The position numbers and the translations under genes are program-made. From NCBI GenBank assembly GCA_937899865.1, contig CALBRH010000022.1:1-41753 (forward strand): a stretch of 41,753 nt of DNA. The letters are read 5' to 3'. Below the pieces are notes generated by a model. That model saw only the letters and a list, made by a program, of their open reading frames with translations. It was not told the DNA's origin and made no database searches. Positions 26,150-34,913 of the stretch are shown here, piece after piece (within the stretch, counting starts at the first letter, position 1; the number at the start of each line of letters is the position of its first letter). This DNA comes from an uncultured euryarchaeote. Its GTDB lineage: Archaea > Thermoplasmatota > Poseidoniia > Poseidoniales > Poseidoniaceae.

Positions 26150-27325
26150 ATGGAGCAGTTCGAAGGGCTAGATTTTTACGATATAGAGAGCCTATTAACC
26201 GAAGAAGAAATAATGATTAGAGATATGGTAAGAGATTGGGTAGACGAAGAAGTTTTACCCAAAATTGAACATGCTTGCGAAGAAGGAATTTTCCCTGATG
26301 AGTGGCGAGTAGCACTAGGGGAAATGGGTGTTCTTGGAGCGCCATTGAAGGGCTATGGATGCCCGGGGTTATCTTATGTAGCATATGGTTTGATTTGTCA
26401 AGAACTTGAAAGAGGAGATTCAGGACTTCGATCCTTTGCTTCAGTTCAAGGCTCCTTAGCAATGTACCCAATTTGGGATTTCGGTAGTGAAGAACAGAAG
26501 AGTTACTATTTGCCAAAGATGACATCTGGGGAAATGGTAGGATGTTTTGGACTTACTGAACCTGATTATGGTTCTAATCCAGGTGATATGATAACTAAAG
26601 CTGAAGATATGGGAGATCATTATTTACTTAATGGGGCAAAAATGTGGATTACTAATGGAACTATAGCAGATGTAGCAATAGTTTGGGCTAAGTTAGATGG
26701 AGTAATTAGAGGATTTATTGTCGAGAAAGATGACGAGGGATTTTCTGCTCCTGAAATGAAAGGTAAGCATTCTTTGAAGGCATCAGTTACCAGTGAATTG
26801 GTTTTCCAAGACTGTAAGATTCCAAAAGACCGTATTCTGCCTAATGTAAAAGGTCTAAGAGGGCCTTTTTCATGTCTAAACAATGCTCGATATGGTATAT
26901 CTTGGGGCGCTCTTGGAGCTGCTATGGCATGTTTCCATAGTGCCAAGACATATGCTCTATCAAGAATCCAATTCGATGTACCAATCGCATCTTATCAATT
27001 GGTTCAAAACAAACTTGCTTGGATGCTGAGAGAGATTACTAAAGGTCAATTGTTAGCATATCACCTTGGAAAGAAGAAAGATGATGGTACATGGTTCAAT
27101 GAGCAAATATCTTTGGCTAAAATGAATAATGTCGATATTGCTCTTGAAATTGCTCGAACAGCACGTGATATACATGGTGCTAACGGTATTCTTGATGAGT
27201 ACCCAGTAATGCGTCACATGGCTAATTTAGAGTCTGTCAAAACTTATGAAGGAACTCACGATATACACAATTTAATCATTGGTAGATACATTACAGGCAT
27301 TCAAGCCTTTACAAGAACTCTTTGA
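26150..27325 (+). CDS. gcdH: Acyl-CoA dehydrogenase, glutaryl-CoA dehydrogenase-like
   Basis: ERGDSGLRSFASVQGSL, GCFGLTEPDYGSNP, LNGAKMWITNG, HGANGILDEYPVMRHMANLESVKTYEGTHDIH. Confidence 0.9.
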   Translation: MEQFEGLDFYDIESLLTEEEIMIRDMVRDWVDEEVLPKIEHACEEGIFPDEWRVALGEMGVLGAPLKGYGCPGLSYVAYGLICQELERGDSGLRSFASVQGSLAMYPIWDFGSEEQKSYYLPKMTSGEMVGCFGLTEPDYGSNPGDMITKAEDMGDHYLLNGAKMWITNGTIADVAIVWAKLDGVIRGFIVEKDDEGFSAPEMKGKHSLKASVTSELVFQDCKIPKDRILPNVKGLRGPFSCLNNARYGISWGALGAAMACFHSAKTYALSRIQFDVPIASYQLVQNKLAWMLREITKGQLLAYHLGKKKDDGTWFNEQISLAKMNNVDIALEIARTARDIHGANGILDEYPVMRHMANLESVKTYEGTHDIHNLIIGRYITGIQAFTRTL

Positions 27326-27327
27326 GA

Positions 27328-28536
27328 TCACACAGATGGCAATAACCCAATTCTTGCTAAACCATTCCAAATAGGGTCTAGGATTCTTGGTAACATTCTG
27401 TGTCTAATATATACAGCAGCTGCTAAACTCATCTTTTGTATTTTGTTTAATTTGACTCGCTTAGTGAATACGTCACCTTGCTCTTTTTCGATTTGACGTA
27501 GAATCTTATCATAGAAAGCAATCATTGCAGCCGGAGAATATCTTGTTCTTCTTGGAAGAAGTGGTAGTAATTGTCTTGCTTCTTCAAGATAAGTTCTAGC
27601 TCGTCTTGCATAGTGGTAACAATAAGGTTCCCAAGTTTTGTTCAATACAACTTTACCATCTAATTCAGATTCTTGAATTCCATTCTTTTCAAGTTCATCT
27701 AGTGGCAGATAAACTCTATCTCTTTCAATATCTTCGCCAACATCTCTCAATACGTTAGTTAATTGCATAAAAATACCCCATGACTCAGCATATTTCTTAG
27801 CAATAGGGTCATTGTATCCGTAAATTTCGATACACATTAGTCCAACTACAGAAGCGACTCGATAGCAGTAATCATAGAGTTCGTCAAATGTTCGATAACG
27901 ATTGTTGTAAAGATCATCTTCCATTCCAGAAATCAAGTCATCAAACACATTTCTTGGAATGCCATATGATTCAACAGTATCTTTCAAAGCAAGGAATACT
28001 GGGTCTGTAGAGTATACATCAGTGTAGCATGTAGACAATTTTTTTCTAAAGAAAAACAATTGAGTAATCTTGTTCAAGTATGATTCTTCATCAAGAATAG
28101 AACCTCTATTTTGTAGGGCTTCCAATTGTTCTCTGTAAGCGATTGCTTCAGGATCGGTTTGTCCAACACTGCCAGGGAATCTATCAGCCCAATCTCCATC
28201 AGCAATATCATCTGCTCTTCGGCAGAATGCATAAACTGCACACATTGCAAATCTTTGTTCATCAGGCAAATACTTGAATGAGTGATAGAAATTACCAGCC
28301 TCTTGGATAGTAAGTTTTTCACAGTATTGATAAGCCAATTTCAACAATTCTTGAGGTGGTTTTTCAGACCAAATCGGGGCATCAAGATTTTCGAATGGGT
28401 CAACCAATTCATTTTTTTCAGCAATTCCAATGAATGCAACACCTTCCCTTAATGCCTCCATCGCTGTAACACTAACCGCTTTTACTGCGTCACGAGCAAG
28501 CACAACACCAGCACGAAGTCTGTCTAGTGTTGTCAT
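27328..28536 (-). CDS. Phytoene/presqualene-diphosphate synthase family (CrtB/HpnD-like)
   Basis: YAFCRRADDIAD, GMEDDL, YCYRVASVVGLM, FMQLTNVLRDVGED..RDRVYLP. Start ATG 28536 preferred (track start 28623). Confidence 0.9.
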   Translation of the reverse strand: MTTLDRLRAGVVLARDAVKAVSVTAMEALREGVAFIGIAEKNELVDPFENLDAPIWSEKPPQELLKLAYQYCEKLTIQEAGNFYHSFKYLPDEQRFAMCAVYAFCRRADDIADGDWADRFPGSVGQTDPEAIAYREQLEALQNRGSILDEESYLNKITQLFFFRKKLSTCYTDVYSTDPVFLALKDTVESYGIPRNVFDDLISGMEDDLYNNRYRTFDELYDYCYRVASVVGLMCIEIYGYNDPIAKKYAESWGIFMQLTNVLRDVGEDIERDRVYLPLDELEKNGIQESELDGKVVLNKTWEPYCYHYARRARTYLEEARQLLPLLPRRTRYSPAAMIAFYDKILRQIEKEQGDVFTKRVKLNKIQKMSLAAAVYIRHRMLPRILDPIWNGLARIGLLPSV

Positions 28537-28769
28537 TTTAGGGGTTTCATCACCCAGTTCTCTAGATTTTGCATTTCCTTTCAGCGGAAATAACAAATCC
28601 AAAGGTTTTCGGCGTTCCAACATCCCTATCGTATTGCTGTATTAGTCCTCCTTTTTGATTGCTTTGCAAAAAAGTATCAATAACCTTAGAGAAAATGTCT
28701 AATGGAAATAACAAATAAAAACAATCATATTTTGACATGTAAGTTTTTGTTTACTAAGGTTATTAAAGG

Positions 28770-29792
28770 CTATTTTTTAATATCTTTATTTTTTTCCAAT
28801 AAGCGTTTTACACCGCCAGGAATCAATAGAGCCCTAGGTAATTTTCTAGCATATGATTTAATCTCGTCACGAGTCACTTTGATTCTGTCTGATGAATCAA
28901 GAATATTACCTTCTCTGAGTAAAGAAACAGTTCTCTGCCCTATCAAAACAGGTAGCATACATGATGCTTTAAGCCTGAATTGAGTTTCTGGGAGCATTTT
29001 GATATACTCTACTGCCTCATCTAAATGTTCATTTGTTAAATCTAAATATTCATCATATAGTGGTCTAAATTTATCTATGTTGTTTGGATTTAGTAGCTCT
29101 TTTGGTTGTAAGTTATGCTTTGTTAATTCTTCCTCAGGTATGTAACAGCGACCGAATCGAAGGTCTTCTGGAATGTCTCTCAAAATGTTGATCATTTGCA
29201 ATGCTTTGCCAAATCTAATTCCCTTCTCAAAGAAATCATCTTGCTTTTCATCTGGAATTGAGATTAAATGAGCGAGCGACATTTTTGTCCAAAAAACACC
29301 AACACACCCTGCTACTCGATAGGTGTAATCGTCCATTTCTTGATTATTTTTCAAGGCGGAAATACTGCCTCCTTCCTTTGCAGTACCAAATCTTTCGAGG
29401 TCGAGTATTTGTCCACCAACGATAACATTTAGACATTCTAACATCCTCTCTTGATCACTTTCATCATAAACTTGTAATCCATCTAAAACATCTTCGACAT
29501 TTTTTAATAATTCAGCTTCATTAGGATTATCTTGAATCTCTGCTAGTTCAGAGAAGTCGGGTAAGTTTGAGGACTTACCTTGAGCAACCTCATTGTAGCT
29601 TCGAAGAATCCTCAACAATTCTTCAGTCCCCCCATGCTTAGAGTCGGCAATTGTATCAGCTACTCTTGCCAATAAGTATAGCAGACCTATTTGACCACGC
29701 ACCTTCTTTGGAAGGTATTTCAAAGTTGGATAAAATGAACGTGAAGTAGATTTTAACAAATTATCAATTTTTTCATTGATAAGTACTGACAT
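28770..29792 (-). CDS. Squalene synthase-like farnesyl-diphosphate farnesyltransferase
   Basis: LKSTSRSF, YLLARVADTIAD, YTYRVAGCVG, FGKALQMINILRDIPEDLRFGRCYIP, PVLIGQRT; SRSF and AGCVG are typical of the SQS clade. Confidence 0.88.
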   Translation of the reverse strand: MSVLINEKIDNLLKSTSRSFYPTLKYLPKKVRGQIGLLYLLARVADTIADSKHGGTEELLRILRSYNEVAQGKSSNLPDFSELAEIQDNPNEAELLKNVEDVLDGLQVYDESDQERMLECLNVIVGGQILDLERFGTAKEGGSISALKNNQEMDDYTYRVAGCVGVFWTKMSLAHLISIPDEKQDDFFEKGIRFGKALQMINILRDIPEDLRFGRCYIPEEELTKHNLQPKELLNPNNIDKFRPLYDEYLDLTNEHLDEAVEYIKMLPETQFRLKASCMLPVLIGQRTVSLLREGNILDSSDRIKVTRDEIKSYARKLPRALLIPGGVKRLLEKNKDIKK

Positions 29793-29983
29793 ACAATCCC
29801 TTCATGATAATCCAAAGACTAATTGTTATTGACCCTATGGTAAAATGGTTAGATAAATTTAGCCTTGCAATATATTTTGTGACAAATTCTCTAAAATTAT
29901 GAACTGGAAACAATGTAATTTCATGGTGAAAATGATAGTAAGGCTTTATTGGGATTAACTCACCGTCTCGTTGAGGGGATTAG

Positions 29984-31300
29984 GTGCATTGCGACTCTTG
30001 CGGCGAAGAGATACCCGCTGACAGTATTTTTTGTCCTGAGTGTGGTTCCCGACAAGATCTATCAAGAGCTGGTGGATTTAATGCCCAAAATTCAGTTGGG
30101 CTGTCCGGACAAGAGGTTTCAGGAGGGCGAAATTTCGGTGTTGTCTCAGGTGAAGCAATTAGGCATCAAAGAGAGATGTCAGTTTCAGATCCAAATGCAG
30201 TTTCACCAGAATTGATGAGGCAAATTGCACAAAGCATGCAAAATGAAAACATTCCCCCAACTGGTAATTTCCCACCACAGGGATATCAAAATCCAATTAA
30301 TCAACAAGCAAATTTGAATCAACAGATGCCTAGTAATAACTTAGGCAACACTCCTTTGTCAAATGTTCAAAATGTAACTACAATGAATCAATCATCACCT
30401 ACAGATGAAATGGTAAATCGCTTAGCTGAAGCAGAGAAAGCGATGAAGAGTGAGAGAAGAAATCAATGGCTAAATATGAATCAGGCTTCAGCATCTAATG
30501 TTCTATCTAATCTAGGAGCTGATTTACCTGCTCATCTGCGTAATGAAACAAATGCTGCACAAGAAATTCTAACTGGTGCTCTAGGAGGCCAAAAAGATGC
30601 TCCAAATGATGCATTCTTGAGAAGAATGTGCGAGGTTGCAGTTAGAAGAGTTGCTAGAAAGAGAGGAGTTGCAGTTGAAACCCCCCAGGCAAAATTGGAA
30701 GATGGAGTCATTAATGTAAACATAACTTTCATCGATGATGGCCGTGTTTTAGATACGCCAGAAGAACTTTCTCATGCATTTGAACATGCTATACAAACTG
30801 AGATTGCCCTGAAAGGATTTGATTATATTGCAGTGATAAATCTATACCGTTCCAAGGATGGAGAGATAGAGGACCTATCAGATGAGGAAGATGAGGAAAT
30901 GTTCGCTTGTGAAATCTGTGACGGACTTGTCAAAGAAAGTGACAATGAATGCCCTCATTGTGGAGCAATTTTCGAAGATGAAGAGGATGATGAACCAGAA
31001 CCACCTCGCAGAGGCCCACCTAGAAGAGCTCCGCCAAGTGTTCCTTCAAGAGGCGGTCCTCCTGGCGGTCCATCCAGAGGCGGCCCTCCAAAAGGCCCGA
31101 GCAAGTCACCTCCATCATCTCCTAAACCAAGTGGGCCATCAGGTGGTCCACCAAAAGGTCCAGGGCGTAGTCCACCTTCAGGTGGCCCACCAAAAGGTCC
31201 AGGGCGTAGTCCACCTTCAGGTGGACCACCAAAAGGTCCGAGTCGTAGTCCACCTTCAGGAGGTCCACCAAAAGGCCCAAGGCGTGGTCCTCCAAGATGA
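29984..31300 (+). CDS. Double Zn-ribbon protein with Q/N-rich and Pro/Gly/Arg-rich low-complexity regions
   Basis: N-terminal CDSC...CPECG; Q/N/M-rich segment; central globular segment; CEICD...CPHCG; acidic tracts; C-terminal (S)GGPPKGP repeats. GTG start after GAGGGG. Confidence 0.85.
   Translation: MHCDSCGEEIPADSIFCPECGSRQDLSRAGGFNAQNSVGLSGQEVSGGRNFGVVSGEAIRHQREMSVSDPNAVSPELMRQIAQSMQNENIPPTGNFPPQGYQNPINQQANLNQQMPSNNLGNTPLSNVQNVTTMNQSSPTDEMVNRLAEAEKAMKSERRNQWLNMNQASASNVLSNLGADLPAHLRNETNAAQEILTGALGGQKDAPNDAFLRRMCEVAVRRVARKRGVAVETPQAKLEDGVINVNITFIDDGRVLDTPEELSHAFEHAIQTEIALKGFDYIAVINLYRSKDGEIEDLSDEEDEEMFACEICDGLVKESDNECPHCGAIFEDEEDDEPEPPRRGPPRRAPPSVPSRGGPPGGPSRGGPPKGPSKSPPSSPKPSGPSGGPPKGPGRSPPSGGPPKGPGRSPPSGGPPKGPSRSPPSGGPPKGPRRGPPR
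31139..31294 (+). repeat. Intragenic tandem repeat, 4 x 39 bp (SGGPPKGPGRSPP)
   Basis: Units start at 31139, 31178, 31217 and 31256; consensus TCAGGTGGNCCACCAAAAGGTCCAGGGCGTAGTCCACCT; the fourth unit is more diverged. Confidence 0.95.
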
Positions 31301-31304
31301 GTAA

Positions 31305-34097
31305 GTGATAATATTGGCAAACAATAAATTGCCCGAATTCGGATCTATTGGATTCAATGGTAAATTAAGACCATCACAAATTGCTGCAGTTTCAGTTATT
31401 GAGCCACAGTTAGATGTTCATGGCAAACATTTGCATATAGTTGCTCCACCAGGTTCAGGAAAAACAGTTCTTGGTCTATATGTTTGGGCTAACTTGGTTA
31501 GGAAACCAACACTTGTTCTATCACCAAATTCTGCAATTCAAGCACAATGGGCAGCAAGAACAGATTTGTTTGATTTAGATGGCAAAGACGACTATATCAG
31601 TACGAACCCAAATAATCCAGGATTGCTAACATCACTAACCTATCAATCAATAACTATGCCTAAGCGTGGGGGTGAACAGTTAGACCAAGTAGCGATTGAG
31701 TTATGGAGTGAATCTCTTATTTCAAATGGTGAAGCCGTTGACGAGGAATCAGCCATTGCTTGGATAGAAGATCTTGAAAATAAGAATTCAAATTACTACA
31801 AAGAGCGTCTTTCAATCTATAGAAAGAAGGTTAGAGATGATTTTTCTAAGCATGGTAATGCGCTATGGACATTGCATGAATCTTCAAGAAAAACTTTGGA
31901 GATGTTGAAAGAGATAGGAGTCGGCATGATTATTCTTGATGAATGCCACCATCTATTACATCATTGGGGAAGAGTTCTTACTGAGGTTAGAGAATTTTTT
32001 GACGACCCTATAGTTTTGGGTCTAACAGCGACTCCGCCAGATTTCCAACATTATGAAGAGGAAGATGCCAAAAGATATCAGGAGTTTTTCGGTGAAATCG
32101 ATTATGAAGTTCCCGTCCCAGCTTTGGTTAGAGATGCAAATTTGGCACCATATCAGGACTTGGCATTTTTTGTACGACCTTCTCAAAATGAACTTAATTA
32201 TGTAGCTCAAGTTGATGATGAATTCCAAGAACTTCTCAATGAATTATATCAGGCGCAAGATTATCCAAATGCTACATTGCCTATTGACAAATGGGTTTAC
32301 AAAGCCTTTGAGGAGAGGAAATCACCAGGTGGGAAGAAGGAAGAATGGGATCAGTTTAGTAAAAGAAATGGTGGATTTGCAAACGCAGGTAGAGCTTTTT
32401 TGTTAAACACAATAGGTAGTATACCAAAAGGTGTCCCTTATCCTCCAGACCACTTGTTAAATTCTTATCAGAATAAATTGGCTATATTGAGGCCTGTTCT
32501 CGACCGCTATGTTAGGCATGGTTTACGAAGGAGTGAGAGTGAACTTGACCACCAAAAAGCTGAGTTAGTTACCCAGCGTTTGAGAATGTTGGGTACTCAA
32601 ATTACTGAGACTGGAATTAGACCTTGTGCTTCACCAGTAGGCAGGATTATGGCTTATGCATCATCAAAGACCAAGGCAATTTCTACCATTTTGAGTTCTG
32701 AAATGCAAGCACTGGGCGGAGATATTCGGGCAGTAATAATCACCGATTTTGAGAAAACTTCAGCTACAACTTTGGTTGAAGGTGTCATGGATGATGAAGC
32801 AGGTGGAGCAGTTGCTGCATTTAGACAAGCAGTTCAGTGTGATAATGTAGACTTTCTTAATCCAATTTTAATGACTGGTAGCACAGTACTGGTTGATGAT
32901 GACCTTGCAGATGAATTTTTAGCAGCTGCAAATGAATGGATAAGAGAAAGAGATCTTGCAATCACATTGGTTGATGAAGTTAGAGGTAGATATCACGAAA
33001 TCATTGGTAAGGGGAAAGATTGGATTCCAAGACATTATTCTTTAATGATTACAGAATTCTTCCAGCTTGGTATAACTAAGTGCCTGATTGGAACTAGAGG
33101 ATTACTTGGAGAAGGATGGGATGCATCAAGAATTAATGTTTTGATAGACTTGACAACTGTGACAACAAGTATGAGTATTAATCAATTAAGAGGGCGCTCA
33201 ATTAGATTGGATAAGCAATGGCCGGAAAAAGTTGCTAATAATTGGGATATCGTTTGTCTTGCAGAAGAGTTTACCAATGGTTTCTCTGATTATGAGCGTT
33301 TCAAGAAAAAGCACAAACAATTGTATGGAGTTTGTGATGATGGTGCAATTGAGAAAGGAGTTGGACATGTACATGCGGCATTTACTGAAGCCGAGCCAGA
33401 AGGAATTAGTGAAGGAATGTCTGTATTCAATGAAGATATGTTGAGACGCAGTCGTAATAGAACTCATGTAAGAGGTCTATGGGGAATCGGCCAACCATTT
33501 TTTGCAAAACCAACTTCAGCAATTGAAGCAAAATTAAGCGTTGGTTCAGGAGGAGGCTTTTCGTTTGGTAAAGAAAAAACTCCGTGGACCGATGAATCTC
33601 TAGTTCAAGCAATTTCACTTTCAATCGTTAATAGCTTGATTCATCTAGGAATGATATCAAGAAATTGTCGTGCTGATGGTGGCAATCGTGGAGGTGGCTG
33701 GGTACGTTTACATCTCGAGAATGCCACAGAAGAGGAAAGTGCGCTATTCTCAGACTGTTTGGAGCAAATTTTGGGACCGATGGAAAAGCCCAGATATGTA
33801 ATATCACGTTCATCTAAGTTTATCACTGATACATGGTTATCAAAAATCATGCCTGAGATCATCGCTAAATTTTTCCGACCAGTTAAAGACCGTTTGGTAA
33901 TGTATCATACCGTACCAAAAGTACTTGCAGCATCGGCAGAAAAGGCCGAAATTTTCCAGCGTTATTGGAATGAATTTGTCAGCCCATCTGAGCTGTTTTA
34001 TGCCAGAAGTAAAGAAGGTAAAATAAGAGTTGATATCATTAAATCATCAACAATGGTTCCTCAAAACTCGATACACAGAAAAGAGATTTTCCTATGA
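31305..34097 (+). CDS. SF2 DEAD/DEAH-box helicase (ResIII-like, DECH)
   Basis: Q-motif LRPSQ, APPGSGKT, ILDECHH, LGLTAT, LGEGWD, QLRGRSIR; 930 aa. Confidence 0.92.
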   Translation: MIILANNKLPEFGSIGFNGKLRPSQIAAVSVIEPQLDVHGKHLHIVAPPGSGKTVLGLYVWANLVRKPTLVLSPNSAIQAQWAARTDLFDLDGKDDYISTNPNNPGLLTSLTYQSITMPKRGGEQLDQVAIELWSESLISNGEAVDEESAIAWIEDLENKNSNYYKERLSIYRKKVRDDFSKHGNALWTLHESSRKTLEMLKEIGVGMIILDECHHLLHHWGRVLTEVREFFDDPIVLGLTATPPDFQHYEEEDAKRYQEFFGEIDYEVPVPALVRDANLAPYQDLAFFVRPSQNELNYVAQVDDEFQELLNELYQAQDYPNATLPIDKWVYKAFEERKSPGGKKEEWDQFSKRNGGFANAGRAFLLNTIGSIPKGVPYPPDHLLNSYQNKLAILRPVLDRYVRHGLRRSESELDHQKAELVTQRLRMLGTQITETGIRPCASPVGRIMAYASSKTKAISTILSSEMQALGGDIRAVIITDFEKTSATTLVEGVMDDEAGGAVAAFRQAVQCDNVDFLNPILMTGSTVLVDDDLADEFLAAANEWIRERDLAITLVDEVRGRYHEIIGKGKDWIPRHYSLMITEFFQLGITKCLIGTRGLLGEGWDASRINVLIDLTTVTTSMSINQLRGRSIRLDKQWPEKVANNWDIVCLAEEFTNGFSDYERFKKKHKQLYGVCDDGAIEKGVGHVHAAFTEAEPEGISEGMSVFNEDMLRRSRNRTHVRGLWGIGQPFFAKPTSAIEAKLSVGSGGGFSFGKEKTPWTDESLVQAISLSIVNSLIHLGMISRNCRADGGNRGGGWVRLHLENATEEESALFSDCLEQILGPMEKPRYVISRSSKFITDTWLSKIMPEIIAKFFRPVKDRLVMYHTVPKVLAASAEKAEIFQRYWNEFVSPSELFYARSKEGKIRVDIIKSSTMVPQNSIHRKEIFL

Positions 34098-34781
34098 GCA
34101 AGATTTGCACATTATGCTATTGCCAGTTTCACAATCAGCACAAAATCTACCTCGACACTGAAAGCAACGAAAATCAAAAGCAGAAACAGGTTTTGAGCAA
34201 TTAGGGTCTGCGCAGATTTCATCAGACTTAGCCTCATTTTTTGCCACGCCTTCAGAAACATTATCCCAAAAGTTTTCATCAACTTTTTTTGTTTTCTGAA
34301 TATTTCCAGAACTTGTTTTAGAGAAAGAGGATTGAGAAGAGGAATAACCTAGAATAGATTGAACATGTTCATTTTGGAAAAATGGTCGAGCCGCTTTTTC
34401 TCCAACATTAAAAATATGAGAAAATTTGCTTACGCCATCATCCACAGACGTAATAGATTTTTTTTGCATATTATGTACCTTAATTATGTGGTCATAAGTT
34501 GCCTTTTTCCTTCTTAGTTTACTTTCTTCCCATTCTTGTTGCCAGTTTCTATTACTTTGATAGTTATTATGCGGTGTATTGCTTGAAATAGTCTTTACAC
34601 TCTGGTATTGTTTTTCCCATGCTGCAATTAAAGATATAAAAGTGAAACATAACATCACAAAAATACTGCAAAAGGCTGCACCCAAAAATGTGTCACCTCC
34701 TGGCACAGAATAAAAAAAAAGGAAGAAAGTAAAAAAAGCGTAAATTGCGCCTTTGTTCAAAATGTTTCTATCAAAATTCAT
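34092..34781 (-). CDS. Membrane protein with C-terminal 8-Cys zinc finger
   Basis: Two N-terminal TM segments; C-x4-C-x10-C-x2-C-x4-C-x2-C-x7-C-x2-C at the C-terminus. Confidence 0.8.
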   Translation of the reverse strand: MNFDRNILNKGAIYAFFTFFLFFYSVPGGDTFLGAAFCSIFVMLCFTFISLIAAWEKQYQSVKTISSNTPHNNYQSNRNWQQEWEESKLRRKKATYDHIIKVHNMQKKSITSVDDGVSKFSHIFNVGEKAARPFFQNEHVQSILGYSSSQSSFSKTSSGNIQKTKKVDENFWDNVSEGVAKNEAKSDEICADPNCSKPVSAFDFRCFQCRGRFCADCETGNSIMCKSCS

Positions 34782-34794
34782 AATATCACTTTTT

Positions 34795-34882
34795 GACCAT
34801 GGCGCCGTCTCTAAGCGCCATGGTCGGTAGTGTCTATGGACGCATTGCGTAATGTCATTGTCGTATTGACTCCATTAGAGAC
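34795..34882 (-). ncRNA. Candidate structured RNA or 5' leader
   Basis: 11-bp perfect stem GACCATGGCGC/GCGCCATGGTC whose loop is complementary to GTCTCTAA at 34882-34875; TATA-like TTATATAC at 34910-34903. Confidence 0.4.
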
Positions 34883-34913
34883 AATTGTTGGTTGTAAAAT
34901 AGGTATATAATTA

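Noticed and set aside
31139-31294. CRISPR array
   Set aside because: The repeats are contiguous without unique spacers and are in frame within a CDS.
30882-31320. Alternative-frame ORFs 30882-31304 (+) and 30955-31320 (-)
   Set aside because: Shadow ORFs produced by the stop-poor GC-rich repeat; the 438-aa frame has the coherent Zn-ribbon motifs and an SD.
34795-34882. Fluoride (crcB) riboswitch or intrinsic terminator
   Set aside because: AUGGAG and AAUGAC words are present, but the conserved GAUGACUCCUAC-type 3' strand and GGCGAUGG...CGCC stem are absent; there is no U-tract 3' of the hairpin on either strand.
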